From: Hormiphora californensis
Lineage: Eukaryota; Animalia; Ctenophora
Direction of reading: 5' to 3'
Length of the DNA stretch: 64,000 nt
Assembly (NCBI GenBank): GCA_020137815.1
Contig: CM035357.1
Span: forward strand, 5,952,001 to 6,016,000
The translations under genes and the position numbers were made by a program. The notes below the pieces were generated by a model. That model was not told the origin of the DNA. It searched no databases and saw only the letters and a list, made by a program, of their open reading frames with translations. Shown in pieces: positions 37,316-53,151 of the stretch. Numbering within the stretch: position 1 is the stretch's first letter; every line of letters begins with the position of its first letter.

Positions 37316-37720
37316 TACAACGATGACGTGAAAACTGAATGGCGAACAATTAACTCAAAAGTTTTACAGCTCAATTTTTTATTTTTTTTAAAAGGGGGTT
37401 AAAATGGTATTAGATAACAATATCAATATGAAAATACCGGTCTCCCATGGGGGAGAAGATTAATAAATTACTGCATTGATTAAAATTGATTAAATTTGGT
37501 AGAATTAAAAGTATTATATAATAAGTTAATGTCATTGAGTTCGCTCTTATACTGCCTCGTTTTGGTCAACTTATTGCCTCTATGCCCTCTCAAGCTAATG
37601 ACAGTTGTTCTGAGCAGGGTGAAAGACAACCGCTGCCTAAGAACGGTGGTCAGAGATGCGTTGCTGCAAAAAAGGGAGAAAGCAGTTTTGGGTTAAACTA
37701 AAAAAAACACGAAAACCTTT

Positions 37721-38905
37721 TCAAGGAGTGCTACTAAAAGCCTGTAGGACCTCTGTGATAGTACTGCGATGGTGGGATTTTTCAGGAAATACTATGGAGC
37801 GAACAGCGTTTTCCCTCAAACAAGTCTTGATACAGTCTCCTGAAACCTCCGTGCAAGATTGAATGTCAATGTGTGTTAAATTAGGCGTTTTTAGAAGGAA
37901 TTTCTCAAACTTTTCCTCGTCCAGAGAACCAACAATCTCAACACTCGTCAAGCTGTGAAAACAGGGTAGAGAATCAGTATCGATAAGACAACTCCCAGGT
38001 ATTGAAAGCTCCTCTAGTGTGCCAGAAACGACTTGCAAAACGCTCATAGCGGCCTTTAGCTCCGTCTCTGCATCACGGTCAAACGTAAGTTGACGGAGAG
38101 GAATTTTTTGGAGAGCTTTTGCAGCGAGGTCTCCATTCTTCAATCCAAATTCCATGGTAAGACTCTCAAGGTTTTGAAGAGTGGGAACATTTTCCCATTG
38201 GGGTGTCGTCAGAGTAAGGTTAACTGTTATTTTAGACAGAAAAGTAGACAATGCAAACCCCAAAGCTGTTGTGGTATCGTATACGATGATCAATTTTTTC
38301 AAGTTTCTGCATTTTCTCAGGGCGATCAGGTGGTCAAACGAAATTTTATAAGATAATCGTATTAAATCAACTTCTTCGACTATATCGTGGAACAAATTTA
38401 GTGCTGGAACAAGGTATTTTTCATGACATTTCACCCATCCCTTTGATTCATTAAACAATCCAAATCGAGTCAGGATCTTTTGGGTGGACCGCAAAATCCG
38501 AACTGACGGCCTCAAAGATTCTCTTGACATATTATACCACAGTTTGCAGACTTTCCCACACTTCAACAGCTCGTGCGGTTCTAAAAATGTAAAGATCTGC
38601 AACAACATCTCATCAGGTAACTGGTGAAGCGTTGGCTCTCCCTCAACGTCTCCTTCTCTGCTCCACTCTGGAAAGCGAGCCTTCTGATCTCCATCATCAA
38701 CAACCCTGGGTTTACGTGAGTCTAGGAGTGCATCCGATATCATAGCCCATTTCTTGGAGACATCCCGGCAGACGTGAAGTTGGGAAGAGTCCAGGTAGTG
38801 CAAGATGTACATAAGGACTTCACCGGGGAGTTGATCAAACGAGGAGTCATTTGGTCGAAGTTTTTTGAGATGGGGCTCAGAGGAGATATCTTCATCTATT
38901 TTCAT
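37721..38905 (-). pseudogene. 3'-truncated near-identical copy of the double F-box/LRR gene (394 aa)
   Basis: 37726-39045 duplicates 34987-36299 plus 37318-37343 with scattered substitutions. The ORF ends at the duplication breakpoint. Confidence 0.75.
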
Positions 38906-39223
38906 GATCCTAAAACATGGTGTGTGAAATGGGGTATGTAGTCTAGTTGGTCAAGCATAGTGAAACAGATTAATAATTGATGCATTAAGCCACTGGTTGA
39001 CTGTTTAGAAGGGCGATACAACGATGACGTAAAGACTGAATGGCGTAGCCATATGTAAAGTATATCTCAATGCGTTTCATGGGGATTGGATTTGATCATT
39101 CCCAGCGTTTGGGCTTTGGAGATCAACCTCTTCAGTTTTCACGGTGGCGAAGAGACTTGTCGAAAAGAAAAACCGCCGACCTTGGCAAACGTTGCTGGCC
39201 CCCGCAGCGCGGGATAAGGCAGC

Positions 39224-39455
39224 GGATTACGGGGGCCCGGATGAGACGCCCGTACCAGTCGCCCGTACCAGTCGCCCGTACATTTGCTTTGCGCATTACG
39301 TTTCATCGCACTCTCACCACAAATAAGGTACATGCGCGTTACGTGCATGTGTTTTGTTGTGGTGAAAGTGTGGTGAAACGTAATGCGCAAAGCAAATGTA
39401 CGGGCGACTGGTACGGGCGATCTATACGGGCGATCTATTCGAGCCCCCGTAATCC
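39224..39455. repeat. ~230-bp GC-rich palindrome containing CGCCCGTA(CCAGT) subrepeats; probable MITE core
   Basis: GGATTACGGGGGC...GCCCCCGTAATCC, with a long near-perfect stem (CGCCCGTACATTTGCTTTGCGCATTACGTTTCA and its complement). Confidence 0.8.
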
Positions 39456-39575
39456 CCCGTGTTAGGCAGCGCTTTTCAACCGCCGACCGGGAAAAGCGAA
39501 AGCCGGGGTACCGGTTCAATTAGTAAAATGGATATAGAAATCAATCTTATCTGTACATAAATTGGGTATAATAAA

Positions 39576-40360
39576 TTAATTCTGGTTATTGTTTTTAATC
39601 ATGTATAAAATGTTAATGTCATTGCGATCACTAAAACTCTTCGGGCTCTGGCCACGATGACCCCGGAGACTAATGATAAGAGTTTTTAACAGGCAGAAAG
39701 ATAGTCTCTGTCTGATATACCGGATGCAATCGGGGTAGGACTGTTTGGTCTTTTTTGAGAGTAGGTGGGCAATTTGTTTGTAAAGTTTGTCAGCCTCATC
39801 GCCCATGATTCCAGAGGTAGAGAAAACAGCTGGTGTGAAGGAGCTTTTCTCCACCTGCAGTACACGCTCTCCATAAGCACGCTTCTTCTCGTCCTCGTGC
39901 TTCTTCAAAACCTTGTTGACTGGCAATAATTTGTTGGTTGGGGCTCGAGAATTGAAGATGCGGACATCAATGAACAGTTTTGATAAGTCAGACCAGACAC
40001 CACGAGCCGAGACATCAAGACGTGCCTCATCATTTGTGATCGCGGAGGCATATTGGAGTGTCTCACCAGTTAGGGGGAGAAGATGGGGCTCCACTTTAAC
40101 ATCCGTACACCCAGCCTCCACCAGAAGATTGGCAGTTAGATCGCGAATCTGGTTGTGCTTGAGATGCACATAGCCTCCACGAGCACAAGTTAGGCAGTGT
40201 TCGATGGAGTTTGGTTTACCACAAGCACAATGGTTGGGAAACTCCCGAAGGGAAAGGTCATACCTCAGGGCAAGAGCATCACGAAACTCGGATTTGTTGA
40301 GATTGAAGCCGTGTTCCTCCAAGGGAAGGGTTGTCAACCAGGTGGAAGAGCCACGTCTAC
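39576..40360 (-). mobile_element. 5'-truncated CRE-clade non-LTR retrotransposon: CCHC knuckle plus restriction-like endonuclease, frame intact
   Basis: GSSTWLTTLP...GFNLNKSEFRDALALRY, CACG...HCLTC..GG...HNQIRD, EP.L, ARLDVSARGVW, DVRIFN, HEDEKKRAY, FTPAVFSTSG. No RT domain remains. Confidence 0.88.
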
Positions 40361-40781
40361 AAAGCTCGTCATGAAGTCTGCGGACCGGGAAAACGAAAAA
40401 CCTGAAATGAAACTTCATATCAGGCGAAAACATGATATGAATCTTAATTTCATACGCGCGTTTTATAGCCGAATTTCTCGCGCGGCACTTGTTTTGCGCG
40501 TGCAATAATTGCTGACAACAACAACTTTCCTCTCATGCGCGTCTGAAAAACCCGAGTTGAGCGGTTGGTCATAACCAGTGGAAACCGCGTTCTCTCTTTC
40601 ATTTACATGTTTAAGAAACTTTAAATTAAAACTCAAATTTAATGAAAACAATAATTAGTGTCCCAGTATGGGATATTGGGCTGATCAGCGATGGAAACTA
40701 CTATATATACACACTAAATTTTAAAATAAAGATATTTTACACGCTCACTCTCTCTGAGACTAAAAAGAAAAAGAGCAAGTT

Positions 40782-45358
<4,577 letters not shown>

Positions 45359-45659
45359 CCTTGCTACAAAGAGAGAAGGGGTATCGTGATGAAAGTGCTG
45401 GAGAAACTTCATAATTTATTTTCAAAGAGGGAAGGGGTGTCGTGAAGGAAACTTTGTAAATTTGTTTGTGACAGTGTTAGATAAGGTGTGTTGTGAAGGA
45501 ACGTGTTGAAAGTGCTGTTGAAAGTGTTGGAGAGGAACAGAAATTAGAAAATAGTGTTACCGATGGTGAGAGAAAGAAACTGTGACAGTTATAGTAACAA
45601 CTAACAGTTATATAGCAGTACAAACAAAATTCTCCACAATAATTTAGCTAGTCTCTATC

Positions 45660-47410
45660 TCATTCCTTCTTTTCTCCCTCGCCTCCTTCAGCGATCAAAT
45701 GTTCCGGGGCCTCCCTGTGTTTCGGGAACAATTCCCAGGGTGTGTCTAGGTCAAATTTCCTGAATTCCTGGGCTACCTCCACGGGCTCATACACAATACG
45801 GGCTAACTCATTATCATACCGCACCTGTAAAGGGGCAAATTAGGGTGAGTATTATAAAAAAAATCAATATCAACTAAGGCTTCCAGACGTCTTGGATGTC
45901 TACAGACACAGTGGAAACGTAACAGAGAAAACAATTTTGCAGCTCTCCCCCCCCCCCTCAATTGTGTAATACCCCCGTATTGCCCCATACCCGGTAAGAG
46001 CCTAGTACTAACCTCGCTGAACCCGGTGAGAGGGAAGTCCTTCCTCTGGGGATGTCCCTGGAAACCATAATCAGTGAGAATCCTTCTGAGATCAGGATGA
46101 CCAGCAAAATACACTCCGTACATGTCCCAAACCTGGGTAAAGTGGTTCGTGAAGAGACCAAGGGAAGTTAGTGCTGACAGCGGACCTCAACCAATAGAAT
46201 TAGACTTCCAAATGCGGGAAGTGGTGATAAAGGAAGGAAAATGAAAGGTACCTCTCTCTCGCCCCAGTCGGCAGATTTGAAGATGGGTGTGAGGGAATCA
46301 ACTGGGGTCAGCTCATCTGTGTATGTCTTCACTATGCACCTGAACAATAGAATATGATAATAGTCCGACAATAGGGTTTCGGGTTGTTTTCTTCAAACCG
46401 GAGCACGCGAAATGGGGTCTAGCTAGGCAAGTTTCGGGTAAAAGATGGATACAATATTAAAAATGTTAGTTAGTAGACAACTAAATAAAAATCATGACTA
46501 TTCTTTGACAGTGGCTTATTAGACACAATAATACAATTTGAGGTACGAGTTACCTTGAGTTGTAGTGGTGAGATAGAAGGCAGTATACCAGCTCAAACCT
46601 GTACTCCCTTCCTGGTACGTCCGTTGCAGTAATCTCCATTAGCGCTTTGAACTGGGCGTTAGTGTGGTCTTTCAGCATTCCCATCACCGGCACAATACCT
46701 GACAGGGGAGTTAGTAAATAACAGTCTGGTCACACAAATACAGTGGGACACCCTGTATAACTTTGAAGATATCACTGTGATTTGTGGGGATTGTGTCCTC
46801 AGGAGAACTCGACAGGGCAATGAAATTTCCCTGGAGTACTGTACAAATACAAACACGAGTGTTTTAACAGAAACACTCGTGTTTGTAAATTTGTAACTTT
46901 GAAGATAAAATTTAAATAGGCAGAAAGATAGATCAACATAATCAGAAACTAAATAAAAAAGTATAACCCTTACCCTCTGGATGTATGAGTATTTCCAGTT
47001 CCTGAGTGCTAGTTATCCTCACATCCTGCACATATTTGGGTAGAATGGCAGCCACATACTTTCCAAACCTCTCCAGTTTATCCACATCAGGGTATTTTTC
47101 TGTTATCTCAGCTGGTTTCTCTTCTCGTCTTAGAATGACGTCATCTGGCTTGGATCCCTAAATAGGGGGGGGGGGGGTATTAGGAGGAGGGATCCCTAAT
47201 CAAGCTAGGGGGAGGGGGCATTTTAGGAGGAGGGATGTTTTTAGTAACGGCAAATTGTTGAAAATTAGTAATCGTAAATCAAAAACTGGACCGTACCGAG
47301 TAGAAGTCCACAGTGGAGAGAGCTCTACTGGAGAGTGCAGTCCGTGCAGTGGCGGTAGCAGCAGAGACTGCCAACCGGGGAAATCGTCTCAACAACGCCC
47401 CACAACTCAT
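45660..47410 (-). CDS. NDUFS3: NADH:ubiquinone oxidoreductase 30 kDa subunit (nuclear-encoded, with transit peptide)
   Basis: Approximate exons 47410-47297, 47157-46974, 46698-46554, 46339-46252, 46133-46013, 45824-45660. [78 protein letters not shown]. Confidence 0.97.
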
Positions 47411-47686
47411 TTTACATCGCTTGAAGAGGGATGTTTAGGGTTGGAGAATTGGGATACAATGGGAATAATAATAGGGTGAGAAAGGGATGGGAAACACAGC
47501 TATTTTCTATTTCATCAACAACATTTAATTGCGTACAAAACCACACAATAACTTATCATCTCCTATGCTATGTATACATGTTCATATAATCCTATCTCCA
47601 AGTATTATAATATGTTCATGTTCATCTCCTATCTCCCATTTTAATGTTCATGACGTCATAAAGTGACGTGATAATGACGTCACATA

Positions 47687-48607
47687 TCACTCTCCCTCAA
47701 TGCCGTACTCTCCCTGTCGGAACACGTTATCATCGGGTCGATCAGGCATGTACTGGGTGAAATCACGGAGTCGCTGGGGTGTCGATCGGGTGAACAGGCC
47801 AACCTGAAAAAAGAAAGAGTTGGACAATATGACAGTATATGAAAAATGGGGGTTAATTCAAGCTCTCTTTAATTCCTCTTTCTATAATGCCCCATCGATT
47901 GGTAAAAAATGTATAATAATTGTTATAACTTACTGGATCATTCTCGTAGAAGAACCGCTGGAACTTGTCAATGACCTGTTGATCCACATCAAGCTCATGT
48001 TCTATCAACCATTGCCACATTCTCTCTGCACCGTCATAGTCGTTAAAACTGGGGGGGGGGGGGGGGGATTGTAAATGAGAGACTGTGACCACATTCTCTC
48101 TGCACCGTCATAGTCGTTAAAACTGGGGAATAGGGGATTGTAGATTATAAGTTAGAGATTGTGACGGGTCATTTCTTCGAAAATAATGTTGGGTAATCGC
48201 AAAATCTTAAAACTAACTAACTTGACATAGTGATCAATACAGTCATTCCACCATTCTGCATCAGGATATTTCTGGGGGATGTGCCTGTAAAACTCGTGCA
48301 ACCTCTCCGTCAACTCGGCCCTCTCCGCCAGCTCCTCAGCACTTTGTTTGTGGTACAGATCAGCTCCGAATGCCTTCCCAATGTATGCTTTAGCCTTGTA
48401 AAGCGGGTCAAAATACTTGGCGAACCACTCGTTCTTCGATTCCCATACCTCGGTTTTATCCTCGGTAATTCCAAACTCTACGTCAAACTTTTGGTCCGCA
48501 ACGGGGTCAGCATCAGCCGGGTTATAATAGTCGGGTTTAGCTCGGAGGTTCCGGACACAGCTCAGTTGTGGGAGGAGTGATCGTGTGGCGGCGACACGAC
48601 TTATCAT
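47687..48607 (-). CDS. Orphan mitochondria-targeted helical-repeat (PPR-like/COX5A-like) protein, paralog 1, 3 exons
   Basis: In-phase exons 48607-48222, 48048-47934, 47803-47687. Arg-rich, acid-free N-terminus; PDAEWWNDCIDHYVNFNDYDGAERMWQWL motif; homologous to the next ORF. Confidence 0.8.
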
Positions 48608-48736
48608 TTCACAACATTTATATCACACGCTAAATGGAGATTGGAGAAGGGTCGGTTTTAAAAGAGTGTTTTACAAATATCATGGGGCAAGTATAGAAAC
48701 ATTTCAATAAGTTAACTCAATATAAAAATCACAAAA

Positions 48737-49417
48737 CTAATAACCACCCCCAGTATTATAACGTTCGCCTTCCTCTAATAGTTTCCCAGTCCTCTTTGGA
48801 TTATTAATTGCAACCAATCTCTTATTGTACCACCTCTCCGGGTTATCGTCCATCTTTTTAAACTTTGCCAGCAACTCAACTCGTCTCTGGAGCTGGTTAT
48901 CGGAGAGTTTGGTCAGGGATTTGGGTTCGTTTAGCTCAAAAAATTCTTCAAACTTGTCAATAACTTCCTGGTCCATGTTGACCCAAATATCATGATTTCC
49001 AATCCATTTCCAGATGTCCCTGGCCCCATCCATGTCATGGTACTTGGTGTAATGATCAATGAGGTCACTGAACCACTGCTGATCGGGGAATCGGTGAGGT
49101 ATCTCAAGATAAAACTCCTCCAACCGATACATGAGTTCATTTCTCTCGGCTACTTCTTGTGGGGATTTTCTTTCTGGGATAGGCCCACCAAAAGCGACCT
49201 GAATTCTCTGCTTCAACTTCCACTGTGTTCGAACAACCGCGTCAATCATGGGGTTTAATGTTCGAACATAAACATCCTTCCGCACACTGAAGTTTTCATC
49301 AAAGAGTGTATCACTCGTCATGTCAGGGTCGCCTCGTTTGAAAGGGTTGTCGAAGATGGATAAACGTGCATGGTGAACACACACTTTGGAACGGTTGAGA
49401 AGGCGTACAGATAGCAT
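48737..49417 (-). CDS. Orphan mitochondria-targeted helical-repeat (PPR-like) protein, paralog 2, 226 aa, intronless
   Basis: MLSVRLLNRSK presequence-like start. AERNELMYRLEEFYLEIPHRFPDQQWFSDLIDHYTKYHDMDGARDIWKW...DQEVIDKFEEFF aligns with paralog 1. Confidence 0.85.
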   Translation of the reverse strand: MLSVRLLNRSKVCVHHARLSIFDNPFKRGDPDMTSDTLFDENFSVRKDVYVRTLNPMIDAVVRTQWKLKQRIQVAFGGPIPERKSPQEVAERNELMYRLEEFYLEIPHRFPDQQWFSDLIDHYTKYHDMDGARDIWKWIGNHDIWVNMDQEVIDKFEEFFELNEPKSLTKLSDNQLQRRVELLAKFKKMDDNPERWYNKRLVAINNPKRTGKLLEEGERYNTGGGY

Positions 49418-49963
49418 TTTACTGCCTCTTCATGGAGACAATACAGAAGACATGGACCTGAAGTTACTGATTTGAATGCTAAGAACAACTAAATTTTTTT
49501 AGTAAAAATATTTTTTGTACTTCAAACGAGAAGACGTTACGAAAAGTAACCCTGGACTCTGGAGCCTGGAGGCAAAATCAAGGGATAGCCAGGGGTAGCC
49601 TGCATTCGCACCTGCCGCTAGAAAGCATAGTTTTAAAGTAAGGAAGAGAAAGCTACGGTAAATCCTGACTATCGCACAATTCTCAAGATATCGTATTACG
49701 TAGGGTTGGAGGATTCAACACTATTCAGCAGTTCAATGTTTTTGAACAATTTTTGCACGATCGTGACCTAATTCCTAACTTCTGCCCACCAAATAGCGAC
49801 CAGTGAAATACTGCAAAGGCCCCCAGGAGACTCCAGGGAGCCAGCAGACGACACATAGGACATTCATAACTGCTTACAGGTCGCTATCGTGCAGAAAAGT
49901 CCCTCAAACGCAAAAAACGGGTCCAAAGTGACAAAAGTCACAAATTTTACGAAACGAAAGTAA

Positions 49964-50186
49964 TAGTGGAAGCTCTTACGGTAATTCCCACGCCCCGTGG
50001 GAAAGTTTTCGACCGTGGGAAAGTTTTCAAAGCGTGGGAAAAGAGAGATACATACAATAGCTAAGAAAAAACAATTTATTTTTTTGTAGTTATTGTATGT
50101 ATCTCTCTTTTCCCACGCTTTGAAAACTTTCCCACGGTCAAAAACTTTCCCACGGGGCGTGGGAATTACCGTAAGAGCTTCCACTA
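49964..50186. mobile_element. 223-bp palindromic MITE, TAG...CTA termini, TAA TSD
   Basis: taa|TAGTGGAAGCTCTTACGG...CCGTAAGAGCTTCCACTA|taa, with ~100-bp arms. Confidence 0.88.
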
Positions 50187-51963
50187 TAAGATTTTTTAGA
50201 ATTTATCGCGTATCGTAAAGTAAATGCTTTAAATGTAACGCGCGAATTTTTGCCTTCATACGATGCTTTATTTATTTAATGCGCGTTCGAATTTTGTCCA
50301 ATTTTTACGTTCCAAAAAACGCGGAAAATCCAAAAACACGACTGTTTTTGTCGAAAAAGTTGGCAATCGGCGTTTCCTGACTGTTTTAAAGGGAAACGGC
50401 AAGAATGATGTACGAAAATAAACTTTAAAATTTGTGTTTTTCACCCATCAAACCCCTCACCGGGGCACAGTGGGTCAAAACTGTCCTTGACCCGGACATT
50501 TCGCGAAAATTACCATCTTTTATTGCTTTTTTCTGTCAGTTTTTTATTCTAAGATATCTGACTGACTTATTGAAACATAGTTCTAATCAAAACTCCTTCT
50601 TGGAGTAGGGATATGGGTGCGCAAAGTTGGGCGCCGTCACATCTGGGGGCTCAGCCCGCTGAGGTCTGTAATTTTCGCCATGAAAATGAATTATTGTTAA
50701 GTGCTAGCTCCCCAGACCCCAGGCCCCGGCCCCCGGACGGTTACGCTCCAGTTACAAATTGGAAACTGACATCAGTTCGGTAACCAATGCCAGTCTCCTG
50801 GTGAAATATGCTGCACGCGCATTTTCGTTAACGTGATCGATGTGAATTGCATTGAAAGTAGCGCATGCAGCAACTTGGACCTGGAAATCAACATCGGTTT
50901 GCAATTTTGTAACTGGTCCCTTAGGATAGCTGAAGGCCACAAGCTGCCCCTGGGCCCTTCATTTTTGACCTATTTTTTCATGATTAGTTTTCTCTACCTT
51001 TTCTTCTTGACACTGTAGTTTCTCATGATAATCAACCCTAGAAAATCAAGATTTGTGTATCCAACTAAATTGATTTTATGAATGTGCATGAATGTTCAAA
51101 AAGTTTTTATCGAAACTTCGAACGGATTAGTAATAATTTTCCCTTTGGATAAATTTGGTATAATTCTAATAATGTCGCTCTTCTTATCGACTATCAGGTC
51201 ATGTAACATTTTGGAGGAAAGATGATGTTTGAAACCCTGCAAGACCACCCCTCGTGTAAGTAACATCATGGTTATTTCTTTCCCTTCACTCTCTCACTAC
51301 CCTCTTGATAACTAATTGTCACCCATTTTCTCTCCTTTGCAACTATTGGCCTGTGCTGTGCGTTGTAGGCTCTAGCTGTCCTTTACTTACAATTCAGGAT
51401 ACTACTCTTAGACCTTAGTGAATAGTGTCTCTTTCTCCCTCTATGAGTTGCTGATCCGTAGGACCATACTCCGGCCTGTAGCTTACAGTGTATGGCCCAG
51501 CCTTTAGGAGTTAGGACCCAATTAAATCCGGAAGACCCTGTTTGGTAGTTTACATTACCCTCTCTGTAATAAGGATTGAACAGCTGGAGTGCTGGACCAG
51601 TCACAACATATCGAATGTCTATGATGAAGATTATTTTCTCATGTCCATGACTGTGTTGTATAGCTTCTAATTTTGTCATGTATCACCCAACATTCGGCTT
51701 CGCCTCAATTCTTCCGTGTTTGTGATAGCTTGTTGAATGTTGATGGCACCATGAGTTAGGAAGGGTGGGAAGGGCTGTAGAAAAAGAGAACACTGATGGG
51801 ATCAGGAACTTTTACCCGTGTAGAGGTTTTATTTATCAGAGGGGGCATTAGTTTTAATCTTGGTTTCGTAAACTGTAGATTTAGAATATCACCTTATCGT
51901 GTATTTTATTGCCTTATTGGTTGGAACGATATATTTCTCGTAAACCCTTGAACCGGGTACACC

Positions 51964-52037
51964 TTGTAAAGTTCTAATAGAACTTAGTTCTAACCCTCCT
52001 CGGTCCACGGTGAGAGAGAGAGGGTCGAGCACGGCAA
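51964..52037 (+). mobile_element. 74-bp TTG...CAA mini-transposon, 8-bp TSD (7/8 match)
   Basis: ggtacacc|TTGTAAAGTTCTAA...GGGTCGAGCACGGCAA|ggtaaacc. Confidence 0.78.
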
Positions 52038-52154
52038 GGTAAACCATGTGAGACCCGGCCCCTTTTCTTCTTCAGCTGCAGTATCTCTTGCAGAATGCAG
52101 CTTCCTCGAATATCATTCTCATTCTCTTTATCTCTCTATCTCTCTTTCTCTCTC

Positions 52155-52248
<94 letters not shown>

Positions 52249-53151
52249 CATCTCTCTCTCCTCCCTGGCACAGTCATGGGTTGGCACAGCACCCCGTTTC
52301 CTTCTAAGTTACTACTCAATTAGGCCCGGGCTAAATTGAACCCACCTCCCCACTCCCTGCACTGCTTGCGTTTATGACATTGTGTGTAGCATATAATACA
52401 GACTTGATCGGTCTAAGTCTTACACACACTTAGAGAACTCTTGATTCATCTAATAGCTCAGTCTCTGTTTCGCGTCCTTTGTACATCCCTCTTTTCTCTA
52501 GCTTGTCCAAGTGTTGTTCCTCGTCCCCGGGGAGCTGAGAGAGAGCCCTACTACACGCGGAAAAGGAAAAGTGTGTCACGTGATATACTAATTGGTGCAC
52601 CACTGGCCATCAAGTGCTTCAGTCAAGATAGTTTCTCTCTCTCAGTCAAGATAGTGTGTTCTCCACTCTCTCTCTCTCTCAGTCAAGAGTGTTTCTCTAT
52701 AGTGTGTGTAGATGCTGCTAACCCGCTGAAAATGCATGGAGCGGGTTGTAGTGTTAGCGGTTTTTAGGCTTTTTAGATCCATCTTAGCGAACCATGGAGG
52801 TCTCCAGCTGCATTATAAGGTAAGATGTTCCTTTCGTCATTATTGAGTTGTGTAGTGTCAACTTTCATGGTCCTTTAGCACTTGAAATGATCCACGTATG
52901 CAGATGTGGCGTCATTTTGTTCTGCAGCCACAATTGTTTCTTATCTCTTGCTTTACTTTCCTTCGATTTTCCGTCTTTTAACTTCACAGTCCCTTTTCAT
53001 CAAACTCACTCTTCTTTTCTTCTGACTTCCCTGTCTCTCTTCTCTTTTTCATCCTCATCTCTCATCTCTTTCCTGATTATCTATTGTTTTCTTCAAGGTC
53101 TCTAATCACATATCTCTCCAGGTCAGTGATGGGAAGAGGAAGCGAAGGAAG

